Counted from the first letter of the stretch, positions 38,818-48,190 are shown. The stretch: DNA of 64,000 nt from a bacterium ADurb.Bin157 (GCA_002070375.1 MWDD01000007.1:12985-76984); one strand, 5' to 3'. Notes: a model not told the origin generated them from the sequence alone. A program made the numbers and translations.

Positions 38818-39516
38818 ATGACACAACAATTAAAAGCAATCAAAGAAATATTCAGCAATTTATTCGGCGCATTAATGGCCTTTGCATTAGAACAAGAATT
38901 TTTGCAAGATTTAGGCGAATCTTTAGAAGTGTTTTATAATCTCAAAGAAGGCGAAGAATACGAGTTTAGGCCGACTGAAGAGTTTTTATTCCTAACTTGG
39001 TTTTTGGTTGACGACACCACACCCGATGGTTTTTGCCTAATGGATGAGTTTCTAAAACGCCATTCTGACAATCTTTCATTGACAGAAACGCAAGTTTGTA
39101 AAGCTTTGAAAGAAACTCATTTAAGTCTTTTTCAGGTTAAAAAAGTTGTAAACAACGTTTCGATGAGCCTGAGAGATGTTTTCACCGGTGAATCATTTGA
39201 TGTTGCTGAGTCAACAGGGGCGGAAGATGTTGCAGAAGATACTCTTTTGTTTTCCAGAATCTTAAGATTGGGCGAAGAGAGGTTTTTGGTCGGTGCCGGC
39301 ATATTTATGGACCCCTCTGTTACAGAGCCTATTACTGCTTTTATCACAGAACAATATCGCGAATGCTGTGAAGAAGGTTATACAAAAAGCTTTAAAGATT
39401 TTCTCAAAGAAAACGGAGAGCTTATTAATTGGTGGATTCGCTCATTTGACAAGGGTGAATTAACTGAAGACGAAAACGAAGACGAGGACGAAGATAAGCC
39501 GGATAACAAATCATAA
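38818..39516 (+). CDS. hypothetical protein with acidic C-terminal tail
   Basis: 232 aa, C-terminus EDENEDEDEDKPDNKS; no motifs. Confidence 0.5.
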   Translation: MTQQLKAIKEIFSNLFGALMAFALEQEFLQDLGESLEVFYNLKEGEEYEFRPTEEFLFLTWFLVDDTTPDGFCLMDEFLKRHSDNLSLTETQVCKALKETHLSLFQVKKVVNNVSMSLRDVFTGESFDVAESTGAEDVAEDTLLFSRILRLGEERFLVGAGIFMDPSVTEPITAFITEQYRECCEEGYTKSFKDFLKENGELINWWIRSFDKGELTEDENEDEDEDKPDNKS

Positions 39517-39527
39517 GAGGATAGCCG

Positions 39528-42389
39528 ATGCCTAAGAATACCGACTCTAATGTTCATAAAGAGATTGAAGATTTAGTTACGGATTTACGTTCTACTCTTG
39601 TTACAAAGCGACTTAAAGCAGTTAAAGAATTAGGAAAACTTAAAACCGACTTGGCGGTTGAGCCGTTGGTTTATACATTGAACGATCGTTCAAAAGAGGT
39701 TCGGTGTGCGGCTGTTGAGGCCATTGGTTTAATAAACCCCGCCAATTTGGCAGATTTAATTGTTTATTTAGCCAAAGATAAATCTGCCGATGTTCGTTTG
39801 CGGGTGGCTCACGCTTTAGGTTCAAATACAACAGATTTGTCGGTTGATACTCTGATGATTTTGGTCAGAGATCAAAAAGACGAAGTTGCTAATATGGCTG
39901 CAAAAAGCTTGTCAAAGAACCCGACAGGCAGCTTGGCTTTATTGATAAGGCTTTTTGCCGATAATTCTTGGAAGTTGCGTTCAAGGGCTGCTGCCGCTGT
40001 TACGAGAATGGGCAAAGTCGCTACAGAAGCTTTGAAAGTTGCACTTGAAGACAGCGATTCAAATATTCGTTTTTGGGCGATAACCTGCCTGGGTCATCTT
40101 CGTGACAGATCTAACAGCAAGCTTTTGGTAACAGGATTAAACGATAAAGACCCCGGAGTAAGAATAGCTGCTCTCAGGGCTTTACGAGAACTTGGCGACC
40201 CAAATATCGCATCTATGTTGTTTGAAGCTCTTTCTCAACCGTCAGATCGCGTCAGAGACCTTGTTTATGAGATTTTAAAAGATTTTGGCACACATTCGAT
40301 CCCCTATTTAATGGATTCGCTGTCTAATGAGTTTTGGATGGGGCGTTCGTTAGCGGCCCAAGCCTTAACCGACATGGGTGCTGATGCGGTTGCCCCTTTA
40401 GTAAGCGCCTTAGAAAGCCAAGACAAAGAAAGACGATATTGGGCAATAAAAATACTCGGAAAAATGCGGGAAAAAACGGCTTATGCCGCGATAAAAAAGT
40501 TTCTCAGCGACCCTGACCCCGAAATAAGAATGGCGGCCCTCGAATCTATGGGCTATTATCTTGATACCGAGTCTATACCAAACCTTATAGAGCGGTTTAT
40601 GGACCCCGCTTGGGTTGTTAGAAAGCACGCGGCAAGGGCTGTTACCGCATTTGCTCATAAGGCGGTTCCGTTTTTGATAAAGTCGCTCAAATCAGAAGAA
40701 GAAGATGTCAGATATTGGGCTTTGCGTTCTCTTGGGGATCTTAAGCCAATAGGAATTTTTCCGGTATTGGTTAAGCTTTTTACAGACCGTTCATGGACAA
40801 TAAGAAAAACTACTTCTGATGTTTTATCTGAATACGGGGAAGACGCTTTGATGGAGTTAACGGCTTTGGCGGCAGATTCAATTGAGTCGGAAACCAAATA
40901 TTGGGTTTTGCGTTCACTCGGAAAAATTAAATCAAAGATATCTTTGCCGTTGCTGTTCAGGGCACTTGACGATGAATCAGAATCTATTATGGATGCTGCT
41001 CAGAAAGCTTTGTCAAATTATGGTGAAGAAATAATAGACGATCTGTTTGCTTTGTTTAAAAGTGAAAAACGCAGATTATTAGAGAGTGTGTGCAATACTT
41101 TTCAGCGTATGGACGCAAAGATCGTTGTTCCGAAGTTGTGCCGTAATCTCGGAAAATTTGATGAGCAAATAAGCTATTGGATACGCAGAACTCTTTGCGG
41201 GTTTAAAAAAGACTCGCGCGAAGAGATTTTAAAGCTATTGCAAAGCAAATCTGAAGAAATTAGGCGCCAGGCTGTTATATGCTTAGGACAATTTGGCTTT
41301 GAAGAAGACGCTAAACACGTTTTGCCTTTGTTAAAAGATGAATCATGGCCGACGAGAATCGCGGCAGCAGAGGCTTTGGGTGAATTGGGCGACCCCATTT
41401 CTGTTTCCCATTTAACAGAATCATTAGAAGACGAAGACGAAGATTTGGCCATGGCTTCCATGATTTCGCTTGGTAAAATAGGCGATGAACGGGCTGTTCC
41501 CGGTCTTATATCAACTCTTCACCACGAATCTTGGGCATTAAAGTTTCAGGCAATCAGAATATTAGGTGAAATGCGAGTAAACAGGGCCTTTATAGATCTT
41601 TTAAGATTACTGGACGAAGACACATTAGATCTTAAAACCCATATTATAGGAGCTTTATCGCGTATTTCTCACGCAAAATGCTATGATGAATTAAAGAAAA
41701 GGTTTGAAAAAGAGAAAGATTCAGAAGTCAAAATGGCTTACATTGAAGCTTTTGCAGAAATCGGAAACAAAGACATTCTTTCTTTGATTGTTAAACTGGC
41801 GAGAGAAGGCAACGAAAACCGCGAAGAGCGGCGCGCAGCAATTAGAGCATTAGGTAAAATGCACGCTATTGAAGGAAAAAATGTTTTGTTGGCGGCCTTG
41901 CGCGAAAAAGACGCGGTAATAAACAGAGAGGCGCTTTCTGCGTTAGAGCTTATTCTTGATCGCGACGAGTTTAACAGAACAGAAAAAGCGATTACTGAGG
42001 CAAGAAAAAAGCAAGAGGCTTTTACTGTGGCGTTTAATACGGGAATGAGCAATATGCGCACAAACAATTACACAGAAGCGGAAAAGCATTTAAAAGAGGC
42101 TGTTAAAATTAATCCTAGAGCGTCTTATGTGTATTCGGCTCTGGGAAATCTTTATTACAAAACAGGACGCTTGATAGATTCGACAAAAGCTTATGTTATG
42201 GCAACCGGCTTATCCCCGCAAGATGTGACTTTGAAATTGAATCTGGGAATGGTGTATTATCGAAGAAGAGCTTATAAAGAAGCTGTCGGCATGTTTGAGT
42301 CTGTTTTGTCGGTAGCAGGGCCGAAGTCGCAGCAGGGCGATTATTCTGCAAAAATGATAAATAAAATCAAAAGTGAAATTAAAAAATAA
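39528..42389 (+). CDS. HEAT-repeat (PBS-lyase type) protein with C-terminal TPR
   Basis: At least 15 repeats of the ...VRxxAxxALGxxGDxxAxxxL... unit (for example VRCAAVEAIGLI, VRIAALRALRELGDP, TRIAAAEALGELGDP); C-terminal TPR (SALGNLYYKTGRLIDSTKAY). Confidence 0.8.
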   Translation: MPKNTDSNVHKEIEDLVTDLRSTLVTKRLKAVKELGKLKTDLAVEPLVYTLNDRSKEVRCAAVEAIGLINPANLADLIVYLAKDKSADVRLRVAHALGSNTTDLSVDTLMILVRDQKDEVANMAAKSLSKNPTGSLALLIRLFADNSWKLRSRAAAAVTRMGKVATEALKVALEDSDSNIRFWAITCLGHLRDRSNSKLLVTGLNDKDPGVRIAALRALRELGDPNIASMLFEALSQPSDRVRDLVYEILKDFGTHSIPYLMDSLSNEFWMGRSLAAQALTDMGADAVAPLVSALESQDKERRYWAIKILGKMREKTAYAAIKKFLSDPDPEIRMAALESMGYYLDTESIPNLIERFMDPAWVVRKHAARAVTAFAHKAVPFLIKSLKSEEEDVRYWALRSLGDLKPIGIFPVLVKLFTDRSWTIRKTTSDVLSEYGEDALMELTALAADSIESETKYWVLRSLGKIKSKISLPLLFRALDDESESIMDAAQKALSNYGEEIIDDLFALFKSEKRRLLESVCNTFQRMDAKIVVPKLCRNLGKFDEQISYWIRRTLCGFKKDSREEILKLLQSKSEEIRRQAVICLGQFGFEEDAKHVLPLLKDESWPTRIAAAEALGELGDPISVSHLTESLEDEDEDLAMASMISLGKIGDERAVPGLISTLHHESWALKFQAIRILGEMRVNRAFIDLLRLLDEDTLDLKTHIIGALSRISHAKCYDELKKRFEKEKDSEVKMAYIEAFAEIGNKDILSLIVKLAREGNENREERRAAIRALGKMHAIEGKNVLLAALREKDAVINREALSALELILDRDEFNRTEKAITEARKKQEAFTVAFNTGMSNMRTNNYTEAEKHLKEAVKINPRASYVYSALGNLYYKTGRLIDSTKAYVMATGLSPQDVTLKLNLGMVYYRRRAYKEAVGMFESVLSVAGPKSQQGDYSAKMINKIKSEIKK

Positions 42390-42434
42390 AATAATTTTAA
42401 AATAGCTTGACTTTTTAAATGCTATTGTGATAGG

Positions 42435-43543
42435 ATGAATCTGTTAAGCGAGATCATTGAAAATTAAATCGACAGCCAAAAGTGTCTACTTCTGAACTCA
42501 GGTAGAAACCGGACGGTTATCCAAAGATGAGTGGTGTTACCCGGTGACGGGCAAACAACTCTGAGGAGAAAAAAATAATCCAGGGTAGCGCGGGATCGAA
42601 GAAGAAGTGACAACCAAGGCACAAATTCCATAGGGGGAGGCTCTCCGAGTAATCGGAAACGCCAACTTTTGTAGCAGTAAGACTCTAAGAGGGTAGAAAC
42701 CCTGAAAGAGGAAGTGCGTAAGCACAGGGCGACAGAAGCCTGATACCCCAAAGGACAGAAGGTCAAGAGAGTTATGTTTCGTTTTTGAAGGAGTGAAATC
42801 TGACAAAATACGATCTGCTCTGCACCATGGGATAAAAGCTCCATGGCTGGCCAAATCTCAAAACGGGAACCGGCTGCTTGCAGCGAGGGGCTTGGGTAAG
42901 TTATAGTCGCAACAGATGTAAGTCTGGCGGTTGAGCGGAGGGATCCGCAAATGAGTCCAAGAAGAAATCCGTATAGAGATGGTAACAGCGAAGAAGCAAG
43001 GCAATCAGAAACGATTCGCCGATCATTGCAGTGTTAAACTCTGAAGACCCTGACCCCGCGAGTGCTTGCAGGATGGAATAAGCCTGCGAATCATCTGGGA
43101 TGTAAGTTCTGCTGAAAGGTTGAGAAAACCTATGAGCGGAGTGCGACAGGGCCGGAATCCTGTTTGTCGCAGCCCTTTGATTATAGCGCTGAAGGGGAAA
43201 AAACCTAGAGAGGCGTTGGTGTATCGCAACCAATGAAGATGTGTGAAAGAGCCTTGAAGTCGAACATAAGTTTGAAAGAGGACAGAAAAACTTGATTAAC
43301 CTCAGTTCGGTGATTGTATGAGGGCCTTAAGGACGACGAACGTTTAAAGGCTTTACGTAACCAAATGCGCGTAATAGTGCAATCATGTTAAAACTCTATG
43401 AAAAGTGTAACGACAAGAAGGTGTAGGCGATACCGGTGACGGTATTGACGAACCGCATATCGAAAGTCTCTGAGAAGGCACGTCGATTTCAATGAAACCT
43501 AGCTTAATAAAAAGACCTCTGAGTAATCAGGGGTCTTTTTTTT
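42435..43543 (+). ncRNA. candidate large structured non-coding RNA (about 1.1 kb, class unknown)
   Basis: No + strand ORF of at least 60 aa across 42390-43726 in a window that is otherwise about 90% coding. It is locally GC-enriched and purine-rich. An upstream TTGACT (42407-42412) plus a -10-like element precedes it and an intrinsic terminator at 43512-43543 follows. GNRA-capped hairpins include cccg-GTGA-cggg (42540-42551), ataccg-GTGA-cggtat (43430-43445) and ggg-tagaaa-ccc (42691-42702); the GGTAGAAACC motif is repeated at 42501 and 42691. Confidence 0.5.
43512..43543 (+). terminator. rho-independent terminator ending the candidate ncRNA
   Basis: gacctctga-gtaa-tcaggggtc (GNRA loop) followed by T8. 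Confidence 0.75.
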
Positions 43544-43653
43544 GCTAAATTTTTGTACATTGCTGCTCAATTTTTAGCAAATACAATTTTTTTGCATTGC
43601 GATGATTGTGGTGAAACCCTCTTTATTTCGGGTTTTCGTGAAATTTTTAAAGT

Positions 43654-43669
43654 TGGCACAAAAAATGCT
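43654..43669 (+). promoter_or_regulatory. sigma-54-type -24/-12 promoter candidate
   Basis: TGGCACaaaaaatGCtt: GG (43655-56) and GC (43667-68) lie at the canonical 11-nt register of TGGCAC-N5-TTGC, about 55 nt upstream of the ATG at 43727. Confidence 0.4.
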
Positions 43670-43726
43670 TTGACTTAGACATCCGATATGTCGATAAGAT
43701 TATAAGTTTTATTAGGAGTAATTAAA

Positions 43727-44107
43727 ATGCGTAAAGTAATTCTTGTTTCTGCCCTTTCTCTTGTTTTGAGCGCTGCCCCTTTGTTTGCCGGTCCTTCTAA
43801 CAGCCAATCTTCACAGACTTCACAGCAGTCTTCTCAATGTTCACAGCAATCTGGTAATTGTTGCCAAAAACCCGGAGCTTTCTCTAAAATAAAAGATTCT
43901 TTCAAAAAGGGTTTTCAGGCAGGCAAAAAAGTTGGAACAAAAGCTCATGACAGCATTCAGAACAAAGTTATGGACGGCGGAGTTTGTGTAAAAGAAAAAC
44001 TTACCGGGAATAAAGACAAAACTTTTGTTAAAGGTTACTATACAAAAGATGGTAAGCATGTAAAAGGCCATTGGAGAAACTTAGAAACCAAAAAAGGCAA
44101 AAGATAA
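43727..44107 (+). CDS. small secreted Q/S-rich, lysine-rich protein
   Basis: Signal peptide MRKVILVSALSLVLSAAPLFA; SQSSQTSQQSSQCSQQSGNCCQKPG tract; GGAG Shine-Dalgarno; followed by a terminator. Confidence 0.6.
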   Translation: MRKVILVSALSLVLSAAPLFAGPSNSQSSQTSQQSSQCSQQSGNCCQKPGAFSKIKDSFKKGFQAGKKVGTKAHDSIQNKVMDGGVCVKEKLTGNKDKTFVKGYYTKDGKHVKGHWRNLETKKGKR

Positions 44108-44132
44108 TTTCTTAAAACAAGAATAATTATAA

Positions 44133-44171
44133 AAGAACGGTGCAGAAATAGATACTGCACCGTTCTTTTAT
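44133..44171 (+). terminator. rho-independent terminator
   Basis: aaagaacggtgcag-aaatagata-ctgcaccgttcttt followed by a T-run. Confidence 0.75.
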
Positions 44172-44230
44172 GTCAAAACATAAACTTTTGGTTAAACTTT
44201 TAAAGCTTATTTCCGATAGCGGGTACTGCT

Positions 44231-45217
44231 ATGAATATACTAAAATTACGCTTGTTTTTTATATTGTTCGCAGTCTGTTTTATTTTACCCGCGTATGGAA
44301 TGGCAGATACGCTTGTTTCAGACGCTATTTCTTTATTTCCGAATGAGGAACCTTATACCGCAGAAAAAACAGAGCCGGAATATACCGAGACTTTTTTAAA
44401 TTATAACGGGGAGCATTTTGTACCCGCCCACTTGAAAGCCTTGCTAAGCAAAACAAACAGAATAGTATTAACATTTGACGATGGCCCTCACCCTAATGCA
44501 ACGCCGCATATTTTAAAAGTTTTGAAACAGTATAATGTGCGTGCTGTGTTTTTTGTTTTGGGGTTGCAAGTCGAAAAATATCCCGAGTTGGTAAAAATGA
44601 TTTATGACGACGGTCATATAATAGGAAATCATACCTACAGTCATAAGCGTTTACCGGATTTGTCAGAAGAAGAAATAAGAACCGAAATAAGAAGAACCGG
44701 TAACTTAGTAGCTTCTATAACCGGCAAAAAACCCACACTACTGAGACCTCCATACGGTATCGGGGTAAAAAACAGAACGCTGCAAAAAATAGCTGCGGAA
44801 GAAGGGCTAAAATTCTTTTTATGGACAGTTGATTCAAGAGATTGGAAAAATAAGAATTCAAAAGCCATATTGACTTCTGTGGAAAAACAGCTTGGAATAG
44901 GCAAGAAAAACAAAGTTGGCGGGGCTGTGCTTTTGCATGATATATATTCAACTACCGCAAACGCTATTGAATATATAATCAAAAGCGCATCTTCTTCGGA
45001 TTATGTTTTTATTGATCCTTATGAAATGAATCTTACAAACCAAGAACTTATGGCTTCTCGAATGAAAAATGAATACAGATCTTTCGATCCCGCTTTAAGT
45101 GGCAATGATCTTCTCGTTACAGTGCTGACAAAAGAAAAAAAGGAAATTAAAACCATCGATATAATAAGAGCTCATCGCCAAGGTAATTTAATGCTTTTTC
45201 TTGCTCTAAATAAATAA
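44231..45217 (+). CDS. polysaccharide deacetylase (NodB-homology, CE4 family)
   Basis: IVLTFDDGPHPNATPHILKVLKQYNVRAVFFVLG...GHIIGNHTYSH...LLRPPYG (CE4 motifs 1-3); signal peptide. Confidence 0.85.
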   Translation: MNILKLRLFFILFAVCFILPAYGMADTLVSDAISLFPNEEPYTAEKTEPEYTETFLNYNGEHFVPAHLKALLSKTNRIVLTFDDGPHPNATPHILKVLKQYNVRAVFFVLGLQVEKYPELVKMIYDDGHIIGNHTYSHKRLPDLSEEEIRTEIRRTGNLVASITGKKPTLLRPPYGIGVKNRTLQKIAAEEGLKFFLWTVDSRDWKNKNSKAILTSVEKQLGIGKKNKVGGAVLLHDIYSTTANAIEYIIKSASSSDYVFIDPYEMNLTNQELMASRMKNEYRSFDPALSGNDLLVTVLTKEKKEIKTIDIIRAHRQGNLMLFLALNK

Positions 45218-45296
45218 CTCAGTCAGGGTATTTTCTTCTCTTGACAATGAGCAGATTCCGTTTTAATCTGTACAAAGAAACGTAACGGGAGGGCTT

Positions 45297-46226
45297 ATGA
45301 AGCATAAATCTACTTTGGCTTTGGTTTTTTTGTTTGCTTTTGTTTGCGCATCGTCTTTTGCGGCAGAACTACTGTCTCTTGTGCCGCATGATGCAAACTT
45401 AGTCGTTAACCTTGGTTTAAATAAAGTTGTTAACAGACCCGAATTACGATCAGTTCTGGATGCTCTTTTGCCTGCTTACGAGGCATCATTTGATAGTGTT
45501 TTTACTAAAGCCGGAATAAATCCGGTTTATGACATTCACAACGTACTTTTCTTCATAGATAAAGACGATAAATTTGCAGTTTTGGCAGACGGCAGCTTTG
45601 ATGCTATTAAAACTTGCGAACTTGCTCAAACAGACCCCGATATTTCTCGTGCTTTTACTCTGACTGCAATTGGCGGGCTTCCTGCTCTTAAAAGTGAGCT
45701 TGATTCAAATGCAAATGTTGTGTTTGTAGATCAACAAACTTTAGCCTTTGGTGATATGTCGGTTCTTGAAAAAATTGGCGAAATGTCTGCCAACAAAAAT
45801 ATTAAAAGTATACAATCGAACAGAATGTTTACATATATGTTACGAAAGCTTGATACAGATACTCCTCAACTTTGGGGTGCTGCCATGAGCGGCAAAAAAT
45901 GGTTTACAGCCATTAATACTCCAAAAAGCGGGATTGATAACGTGAGAATCACATTTTTTGGTTTAACTTACGATGAAGATTTTATACTTGACTTTACTTC
46001 TCTTGTCGCTCGAAACAGTCAACTCCAAGAGCTCGTAGACAGCCTTAGCGAACTGCTTGGCGGTTTCAAAGCATATGTCGCTTCTGTTGAAGGAATGAGC
46101 AAAATATTAGATAACGCCGTAATTCAAGATAACAGAGAAAACTTAGCCCGAGTTGTAATAAAAATGCCCATAGAAAAATTTACAGCTTCTTTGCTGAGCA
46201 TTGGAGCTTACTTAGATAAGAAATAA
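45297..46226 (+). CDS. secreted hypothetical protein
   Basis: Signal peptide MKHKSTLALVFLFAFVCASSFAAE; GGGAGGG Shine-Dalgarno; 309 aa. Confidence 0.55.
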   Translation: MKHKSTLALVFLFAFVCASSFAAELLSLVPHDANLVVNLGLNKVVNRPELRSVLDALLPAYEASFDSVFTKAGINPVYDIHNVLFFIDKDDKFAVLADGSFDAIKTCELAQTDPDISRAFTLTAIGGLPALKSELDSNANVVFVDQQTLAFGDMSVLEKIGEMSANKNIKSIQSNRMFTYMLRKLDTDTPQLWGAAMSGKKWFTAINTPKSGIDNVRITFFGLTYDEDFILDFTSLVARNSQLQELVDSLSELLGGFKAYVASVEGMSKILDNAVIQDNRENLARVVIKMPIEKFTASLLSIGAYLDKK

Positions 46227-46447
46227 TGCTCTACTATTACGCTATTCCCTTCGCCCTCACTCTTTTGTTTGCTTTTGCGTATTTGCTCGTGCAGATTATG
46301 CTTGTGCTCTTTGACCTCTTAAACCCCTTCTGGGATTATTGGGACACCATACGCAAAAAGTATTCAATCCTGATAGGCTTTGAGTTTATTTATTTTGCCG
46401 CGATATTGTATTATATCGTCTATTACGAATTGTCCGGCAGTTTCTAA
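46226..46447 (+). CDS. small membrane protein (73 aa)
   Basis: Two hydrophobic helices; tightly packed between neighbours (TAATG overlap). Confidence 0.4.
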   Translation: MLYYYAIPFALTLLFAFAYLLVQIMLVLFDLLNPFWDYWDTIRKKYSILIGFEFIYFAAILYYIVYYELSGSF

Positions 46448-48181
46448 ATGGAATCTTTGCAACAAGCATTTGTTTTGTCTGCGGCTTTTGCCTTTGTAAT
46501 GTGTCTTGCGGGTATGTATCTTACCCGCCGCATACTTTTTAAGCTTGGTCGGGGAAGTTACTGCGGTGCCTTCCCCTTTTTCGGCGGATTGTTAGGCAGT
46601 GCTATTGCCTTGAATATATTGCCTCACCCCGATTTTTTACCTGTGTTTTTGGGCTTTTTATCTCTGGCTGTAATTGGCTTTTTGAGAGACTTTGATTCTT
46701 TGTCTTATTCCTCGCTGATCCCATATTCTCTTTTAATCGTATCTTTTACGCTAATAGGCATTCTTCCCCCCGGTTTTGCTTTCGTAGAATTTCTTACCGC
46801 ATTTTTGTGGGTTGCGATGATTATGTTTTGTTTAAAATTATCGGCGCTCGTATACGAAATGCCATTTTTGTTAATAAGTCTCACTTCTTTAAGCTCGTTT
46901 TTGTTTTTTTTGCATAATCCGCCCGCTTCAAGTTTGAGCATGCCAATAATCTCCTCGCTTTGCGTGTGCGGTTTCGGGCTTCTTTTTGCCGGTAAGCTAA
47001 AAGAAAAATCTGCCGATTCCCTAAAACTCCCGAATAAGCGTTTTTTACTCGGTTCTTCCGGTATTTTTTCAGGCGGCTTTTTATTGGGAATCGTCACCGT
47101 ATCGGAACAATCTCCCGGTTTGGTGCTTTTAGGGCTTTGCATACCCTCTGTGGTGATATTCCTTCCCTTTATTATGATAACAGGAATGATTGTGTTCTCA
47201 TATATCGGAAATAAGCTGCATATGCCCGAAAATAACATCGAAAGCCGCGCTTATTCTTGGTCATTAAAGCGCGAAAAAACAGTTTTATTTGCGGGCTTAG
47301 TGTTTTTGTGCCTAAATTTTGCCTGGCTAATTTTATCTCTTAAGACACCTTTAATTGCTTTAGTTATGTTGTTACTTCTTTTGAGTATGACCATTGGCGG
47401 TTTTTTAAATACTTTTATTCGCAAAAAAAAGTCTTGCGAAGTTTTACCGAACCGAATTAATATTATGGGAATAAGCATAGATGCTTTGAGCCCCTCTTTG
47501 GTCGTTGATAAAATCGCTGCCTTTGTTGCCGCCCAAAAATTTGCTCACGTCATTACCGCCGATTCCTTAGCCCTTGTAAGAGCTGATGAAGACAACGCGT
47601 TTAAAGCGGTATTCGAAAAAGCGGAACTTGTGGTTCCCGACGGCGCCGGAATAGTTTGGGCCTCTGACTTTTTGGGGCTTCCCTTGCCGGGAAGAGTTCC
47701 CGGAGTTGCTCTTGTTTCTCAAATATGTGAAAGAGCCGCAAAAGAGAAATACCGAATATTTTTTGTGGGCGGAAAACCCGGTGTTGCAGATAAGGCTGTG
47801 GATGTTTTGAAAGAAAACAATAATATTGATGTCTGCGGCGTGTCTCATGGCTTTTTTAAAAAGAATTCGGCCGATGAAGAAAAAATCATAAGAAAAATTA
47901 TCGAAACTAAGGCTCAAATAGTCTTTGTGGCGCTTGGGGTTCCTCGCCAGGAATGGTTTATAACAAAATTGCGCGAATACAACGCTAATTTAGTTGCAAT
48001 CGGCGTCGGAGGCAGTTTTGACGTTATTTCGAAAGAGTTGCCAAGAGCCCCGATATTTATGCAAAGATTTGCACTTGAATGGTTATTCAGACTCTGCTTA
48101 GAACCTTCAAGATTTTCGCGAATGATTAAAATTCCGCTATTTGTTCTCAAGGTTTTGAGGCAAAAATGGAATAGTGATTAA
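46448..48181 (+). CDS. fusion of a polytopic membrane domain with a WecG/TagA/CpsF-family (GT26) glycosyltransferase
   Basis: Residues 1-330 contain 9-10 TM helices. The C-terminal roughly 240 aa, INIMGISIDALSPSLVVDKIAA...LVVPDGAGIVWAS...RVPGVALVSQICERAAKEKYRIFFVGG...IVFVALGVPRQEWFI, is a canonical GT26 domain. Confidence 0.75.
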   Translation: MESLQQAFVLSAAFAFVMCLAGMYLTRRILFKLGRGSYCGAFPFFGGLLGSAIALNILPHPDFLPVFLGFLSLAVIGFLRDFDSLSYSSLIPYSLLIVSFTLIGILPPGFAFVEFLTAFLWVAMIMFCLKLSALVYEMPFLLISLTSLSSFLFFLHNPPASSLSMPIISSLCVCGFGLLFAGKLKEKSADSLKLPNKRFLLGSSGIFSGGFLLGIVTVSEQSPGLVLLGLCIPSVVIFLPFIMITGMIVFSYIGNKLHMPENNIESRAYSWSLKREKTVLFAGLVFLCLNFAWLILSLKTPLIALVMLLLLLSMTIGGFLNTFIRKKKSCEVLPNRINIMGISIDALSPSLVVDKIAAFVAAQKFAHVITADSLALVRADEDNAFKAVFEKAELVVPDGAGIVWASDFLGLPLPGRVPGVALVSQICERAAKEKYRIFFVGGKPGVADKAVDVLKENNNIDVCGVSHGFFKKNSADEEKIIRKIIETKAQIVFVALGVPRQEWFITKLREYNANLVAIGVGGSFDVISKELPRAPIFMQRFALEWLFRLCLEPSRFSRMIKIPLFVLKVLRQKWNSD

Positions 48182-48190
48182 GGGTTTTTA

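Noticed and set aside
42464-43233. Four minus-strand ORFs (126, 105, 110 and 68 aa) overlapping the ncRNA candidate
   Set aside because: They are antisense to a purine-rich, GC-enriched block, mutually overlapping in different frames, with no ribosome-binding sites and Arg/Ser/Leu/Pro-rich low-complexity translations; this is typical of spurious ORFs over structured RNA.
42400-43545. Group II intron or rRNA fragment as an explanation for the 1.1-kb non-coding block
   Set aside because: There is no GUGYG 5' end at the transcript start, no recognisable domain V (the 34-nt AGC...GAAA... hairpin) and no intron-encoded protein. There are no 16S/23S universal motifs. The one GUGCGAC occurrence is internal (about 43140).
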